From NCBI GenBank assembly GCA_031835245.2, contig JAVKOQ020000037.1, forward strand, positions 124,001-188,000: a stretch of 64,000 nucleotides of DNA, given 5' to 3'. The stretch comes from Balamuthia mandrillaris. Taxonomy: Eukaryota. Under the pieces are notes generated by a model. That model was not told the origin of the DNA. It was given only the letters and a program-made list of their open reading frames with translations, and ran no database searches. A program made the translations under genes and the position numbers. Below, in pieces: positions 58,655 to 64,000 of this stretch; position 1 is the first letter of the stretch; each line of letters begins with the position of its first letter.

Positions 58655-59527
58655 TCAATCCACCAAAGACGTAACAAAGCTGATGGTGTAATGGTTCCTG
58701 GGGTTCACGAAATGGTGGGTCATGTGATGCACCTTGCACCGTTGGAGGTACCTCCCCAGGAAGGCCGGCCGGACCTTGCCCAAGCTCTCCACCGAGTAGG
58801 CGTGGCAGCAGTAGTGCACCAGGTCGTAGCGCATGTAGTTCAGGAGGATGCCCGCGCAGACGGAGGTTGGCTCCGGCACACCCAGTGCCCAGAAGAACGT
58901 CCACACGGCGATGATCTGCACCGCCACCTCGTGCGGAGGAGAGAACACGTGCCACAGGTCCTTGGGAGCCACGTGATGGATCCCATGCAGCATGAAATGG
59001 AACTTTCTTGTGCTGCATGTTGAAGTTAGTTAGAAAGAGACAACATAAGAAGACAGAACACAGAAGAAATAACAGAAGAAGAAGAAGAAGAAAAACAAGA
59101 AGAAGAAGAAGAGAAAGAACAAGAACAAAAACAAGAAGAACTAGCACCAAAACTAAACGTACAACGGAGAGGTAACAGGAATGTGAAACAGAAACCGGTG
59201 AAACAAATACTCCACAGGGAACCACAGCATCAGCCCCACAACCACCGCCATCACTTTGGCTCCCTCCAAAGGCAGGCCGACCATCCACAGGATGACCGGC
59301 GGCCAGAAGAGAAGCGGCAGGAAAGGGGGACTCTTGGTCATGACCCCATTCCAAAAGCGAGAGTCGGGGTAGAGCCTCACCTCGTCCACTTTGGGGGTCT
59401 TGGAGGAGTAGACCCATTCCTCGTAGGCCTGGGGGGAGAGCTGCATGGCGTCCTGCACGGTGTAGTACTGCTGGCCATGTTCTTTGTCCTCTCGCACTGG
59501 CGGCAGCCAACTTGTTTCTTCTTTCAT
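58655..59527 (-). CDS. Fatty acid / sphingolipid alpha-hydroxylase family (FA2H/SCS7-like, no cytochrome b5 domain)
   Basis: His boxes VEYLFHRFLFH, HFMLHGIHHVAPKD, YDLVHYCCH and KVHHMTHHF; also Y.EWV and MTKSP; one intron. Confidence 0.88.
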
Positions 59528-59639
59528 GTTATTCTTCTCCAAAAGTAATAATTGGCTATATTGCATTATAGAGTCGGAACCGAAAGAGAAACGGGGCAGA
59601 GAGCAAACCCTCAAGGAGGGTTTGGCTTACAAGTTACAA

Positions 59640-60944
59640 ATGAAACCTTCTGCTTCTTCTTCTCCTTCACCTTCTGCTTGTTCAAGTGGTGCGATACCAA
59701 CAACAACAAATAAGAGGGTCATCTTTCAGCCATCGGTGGAAGCAAGAAGCACAGCAGCAACACCAAAGCCAACGAACCTCTTCAAAGAAGCGCTGCGTCA
59801 AAGAGTAGAAGAACCAACAACAAGCAGTTGGCAAGAGTCCGTGGTTTACCTCTCTATCGGCTGTTACGTCCGTGAGGACCGCCCTCTCTCCATCGATCAA
59901 CAGCTGCCTCCTTTCTTGCATCCTTTTCTCCACGACAAAGTGGAGGAGAGCGGAGGGATAATAAGAGCAAAAGCGTTTCTGATCGACGCACGGTTTCATC
60001 GCGACGAACGACCGCCGTTTCTCTCTTCTCCTCCCTCTCCTTGTTCTTCATCTGATTCAAAGGAAGGATGTTGGCTGGAAGAAGAGGTGAAGGAAGAAGA
60101 ACAAAGAAGAAGGGACATGAAGCAGTATTACCGAGGAAGACTCTGCGTGAGCGTCGTTCGAAGGTACTTGGAGGAAGGGAGCGACTTTCTGCCGCCGTTG
60201 AGAGACTATGCAAAGACCATCTTGTTGGGAGGTGGGGCGGTTGTCATCGGCATCTTCACTCAACCTTATTACTGCAACGAGGACAACTATGCTGCACTTC
60301 ATCTGCTCTATCACGCTCTTCTTCACGATCCTGAGCTTCGTTCATCTTCATCCTTTGATGGGGTTTCTCTGGGTCTAGGAGGAAGAGAAGGAGAGGGAAG
60401 AGGAGAAGAAGAAGAACAAGAAGAACATGCAGCGTTGAAACGATTGCAAGCGTTTGTATTGGCGGATTATGCTGGCCGACCTCTTATCGTTGAAGAAGAG
60501 GAAGAACAAGGAGAACAAGCCCTTCGTGAAGAGCAGAAAGCAGGAAAGAGATGTATAAAGATGCTGAAAGAGAAGGAAGCAACCGGGACGGTGGTATGGT
60601 GGCTGCGAGGCCCAAAGCCGCACGACCAGGACGTTGCTTTGCTCAAAGACATTGCTCGCTTTGCTCTTCAACAACCTGACGAAAACGGAGGAAAGAAGGA
60701 AGACGTGGTGATGCCAAGCGTTGGCGTTCCTGAGTACCTCTACATGCAACAGAAGTATGGCATCGGGCAAATGTTTCAACTGACTTCTTCTTCTTTTTCT
60801 TCGACGGATGAGCTGTTGTGTATACAAAAGCGAGCGATGGAGGAAGTGAAAAGAAGAGGAGGACGACAAAGGGTATTACATGAAGACGAAATGGAGATCA
60901 AGGACTTACCCTTTGCTTTCATTCCATCAAAACAATATAAATGA
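59640..60944 (+). CDS. Hypothetical intronless protein (~434 aa)
   Basis: Long open frame with globular-looking segments (VVYLSIGC..QQLPPFL..FLIDARF) and low-complexity inserts; no family recognised. Confidence 0.7.
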   Translation: MKPSASSSPSPSACSSGAIPTTTNKRVIFQPSVEARSTAATPKPTNLFKEALRQRVEEPTTSSWQESVVYLSIGCYVREDRPLSIDQQLPPFLHPFLHDKVEESGGIIRAKAFLIDARFHRDERPPFLSSPPSPCSSSDSKEGCWLEEEVKEEEQRRRDMKQYYRGRLCVSVVRRYLEEGSDFLPPLRDYAKTILLGGGAVVIGIFTQPYYCNEDNYAALHLLYHALLHDPELRSSSSFDGVSLGLGGREGEGRGEEEEQEEHAALKRLQAFVLADYAGRPLIVEEEEEQGEQALREEQKAGKRCIKMLKEKEATGTVVWWLRGPKPHDQDVALLKDIARFALQQPDENGGKKEDVVMPSVGVPEYLYMQQKYGIGQMFQLTSSSFSSTDELLCIQKRAMEEVKRRGGRQRVLHEDEMEIKDLPFAFIPSKQYK

Positions 60945-61031
60945 ACAACAACATCGACAAAGAAATAACCACACACACACACGAAAGAAAGATATCTTTC
61001 TTTCGTGGAGCGGTTTGCTATGTGTGTTGTG

Positions 61032-62078
<1,047 letters not shown>

Positions 62079-62371
62079 CTCTTTTTTTTTGTTTGGGTGT
62101 GTTATTCGTGTCGTCCCGATATCAAGGGCACAATTCCCATGACGACACGACTTATCTTCTCCTTCTCTCGCTTTGTTTTCTTGGTACATTGGCCACAAGA
62201 AGGTGAAGAAGAAGAAGGTCGAGCAGAAGAAGAAGAAGAACCACTGTTTTAACAAACGTGAAGAGGTGTTTGTTTTAAATAAGTGGAATAAATAAGCAGG
62301 ATGAATAAATAAATCAATAAATAAAGAAGGACAATGGTGAATGCAGATGGCAGAGAGCGGGGGGCGATCGC

Positions 62372-64000
62372 TTATGGGGAGAAGGCGTCTTGAAAGAAGG
62401 CATCCTCCGTGGAGAGCGAGTTACCGCGGCTTGTTCTGGCAGTGGATGTGCTGGATGAGTCCGAGGAGGAGGAAAGAGAAGAAGAAGAAGACGGCATTAC
62501 AGCACTCTCCGAAGAGTTTCTCTTGCGGAGCAAATGGATCTCTCTACGCAACGTGGCACGGTGCTCCTCGTTCGTGATGCCCACTTCCAAAAGGTCTTTG
62601 TTGGTGACGTACAGCAGGACGTCTCCCTTGAGGTCCTCCACACAAAAGAGGCTGTAATACTCCTCAAAGAGTTCCATTCGTGCCAACCATGTTGCCATCT
62701 CTAGTTTATTCCATTTGCTCACAGCTGAGAAAAGAGATGTTACTGCTACAGGAACCAGAAATATAAAAGAACAAACAAGCTAGAAGCCGAAGGTACGTTT
62801 GGAGAGAAAGTCCCGCGAAGCCATAGGTAGATGCATTTGTTGGAGGTGTCGAAGAAGCCGTTTGCGATGTCCCAGAGGGATTATGCCGGTGTCCAGAAGC
62901 GTCTCCATTGTTTGCGCGCACAGCCGAGGCCCGGAGATACCATGCATGAGAAAGAGCTCTTTGTACTGACCTAGTTCCTCGATGCACGAAAGCCATTCGC
63001 AGGTTTCCTGCAATGTCCATTCATTTGGAGCTTTGTTGTTGGTTGTTTTGTGTTAAAAGAAGAGATAAAGCAACAGGGAACCAAAAGATAATGGTGAATG
63101 TACGTTTATCGATCCAGGAGGGAGGACGCGAGGCAGAATCCAGTGCACAGGTTCGCAAGAGTTCAATCTGATGCAAGACTTCCTTTCGGTCGCCGAGGCT
63201 GTGGATGCCCATTTCTTTAAGCTTGTTTCGGTCGTTCAGTTGCAGGAGCTTGTTGCCATCGACATGATGTTTCTTGAACTTGGGCCAGTAGTCCTCTTTC
63301 TTGATGCTTATCAACCATTGATGCACTTGTGTAACGCTCCACTCTAAAGTTTAAGAGAAGAGGAATCAGGTGGAAATGAAAGAGGAAGAACTTGAGATGA
63401 ACAAAACAAGAAGAAGGGAACGACGCAAGCTTACCAGAAGGCGAGTCTGCAAGAGAAGGAGAGCTTAACGATCGAACCCTATTTGGAGTGATATAACGGC
63501 GTAATAACCCGGCAGCGGACCGTGGAGATATTGAAGTCGATGATGATGGAGACCTCCCGTCCTTTTCTTCTTCTTTTGTTACATCAGCATCCTCTTCCTT
63601 CTGCGTTTGTTGTGGAAGCTGTCTTTCTGCATCCAAAAAGGGAGCAACGTCGGCCAGCCTTTCAACAACCCGCAGAAGAAGATCCCCGAAAATGCTGTTC
63701 ATGTCTTCCAACTTTTTTATGTGCAACCGCAGATGTTGATAGATCCGAAGCAACTGTTGGTCATTGGCTTGAACAGAGGAAGGAGAGGGAGAGAAAGATG
63801 AAGAAGCTGAGGAAGAGGTGAGCAAAGTTGTCAATGGAAGGGCATTAGCGATTTTCCGTTTCACCTTGCTGGAGGAAGAAGATAAATGAGGAGGGGAATG
63901 TTGGTGCGTCGGAGGGGTAGAAGCACGACTGGAGAGAGAGCCGTGAGAGGATGCTTTGGTGGGTTTGTTAAGTACTCTGTTTCTTTTTTTGTGATACTGT
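62372..64000 (-). CDS. Protein with three tandem SAM domains (5' end outside the window)
   Basis: WSVTQVHQWLISI..YWPKFKKHHVDGNKLLQL..LKEMGI..LGDRKEVL; WTLQETCEWL..YKELF..HGISG..LLDTGI.PLGHRKRLL; WNKLEMATWL..YYSLF..LKGDVLL..LLEVGI..EHRATL. One SAM per exon. Confidence 0.9.

Overview
Gene-dense, intron-rich eukaryotic nuclear DNA. Short GT-AG introns packed with (GA)n, (AAGAAC)n and (AAAG)n microsatellites, plus a 'KWARENGCPW' ankyrin remnant, suggest a free-living amoebozoan such as Balamuthia or an Acanthamoeba relative; this is inference only. Most listed ORFs are exon fragments or antisense shadows, so I spliced genes by hand and boundaries are approximate where stated. About 21 protein genes are supported: an atypical P-loop GTPase missing from the ORF track, RhoGEF, LZTR1-like Kelch-BTB, EROS/CYBC1-like, heme oxygenase with CP repeats, DPH1, INTS5-like, TFB1M-like, a multidomain PIP kinase, a Sec7-PH ArfGEF, F-box-Pif1, ALG12, CTC1-like, ERMP1-like, Rap1, CYP20-like, a class-3 lipase, E2F-like, FA2H-like, USP and a multi-SAM protein. 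There are also two hypothetical genes and two inverted identical tRNA-Leu(CAA) genes. Main points of interest: (1) one ~7.5 kb gene joining TBC1D9-like N-terminus, 2 GRAM, NmrA-like, EF-hand and PIP5K domains, head-to-head with an ArfGEF; (2) an F-box-Pif1 helicase fusion; (3) four intronic box C/D snoRNAs with readable rRNA targets, three in consecutive introns of the TFB1M-like gene, plus one H/ACA candidate; (4) a CP-repeat heme oxygenase divergently paired with EROS; (5) a recurrent GTCGAC/TGACGTCA promoter signature. All family calls come from motif recognition, not database searches.
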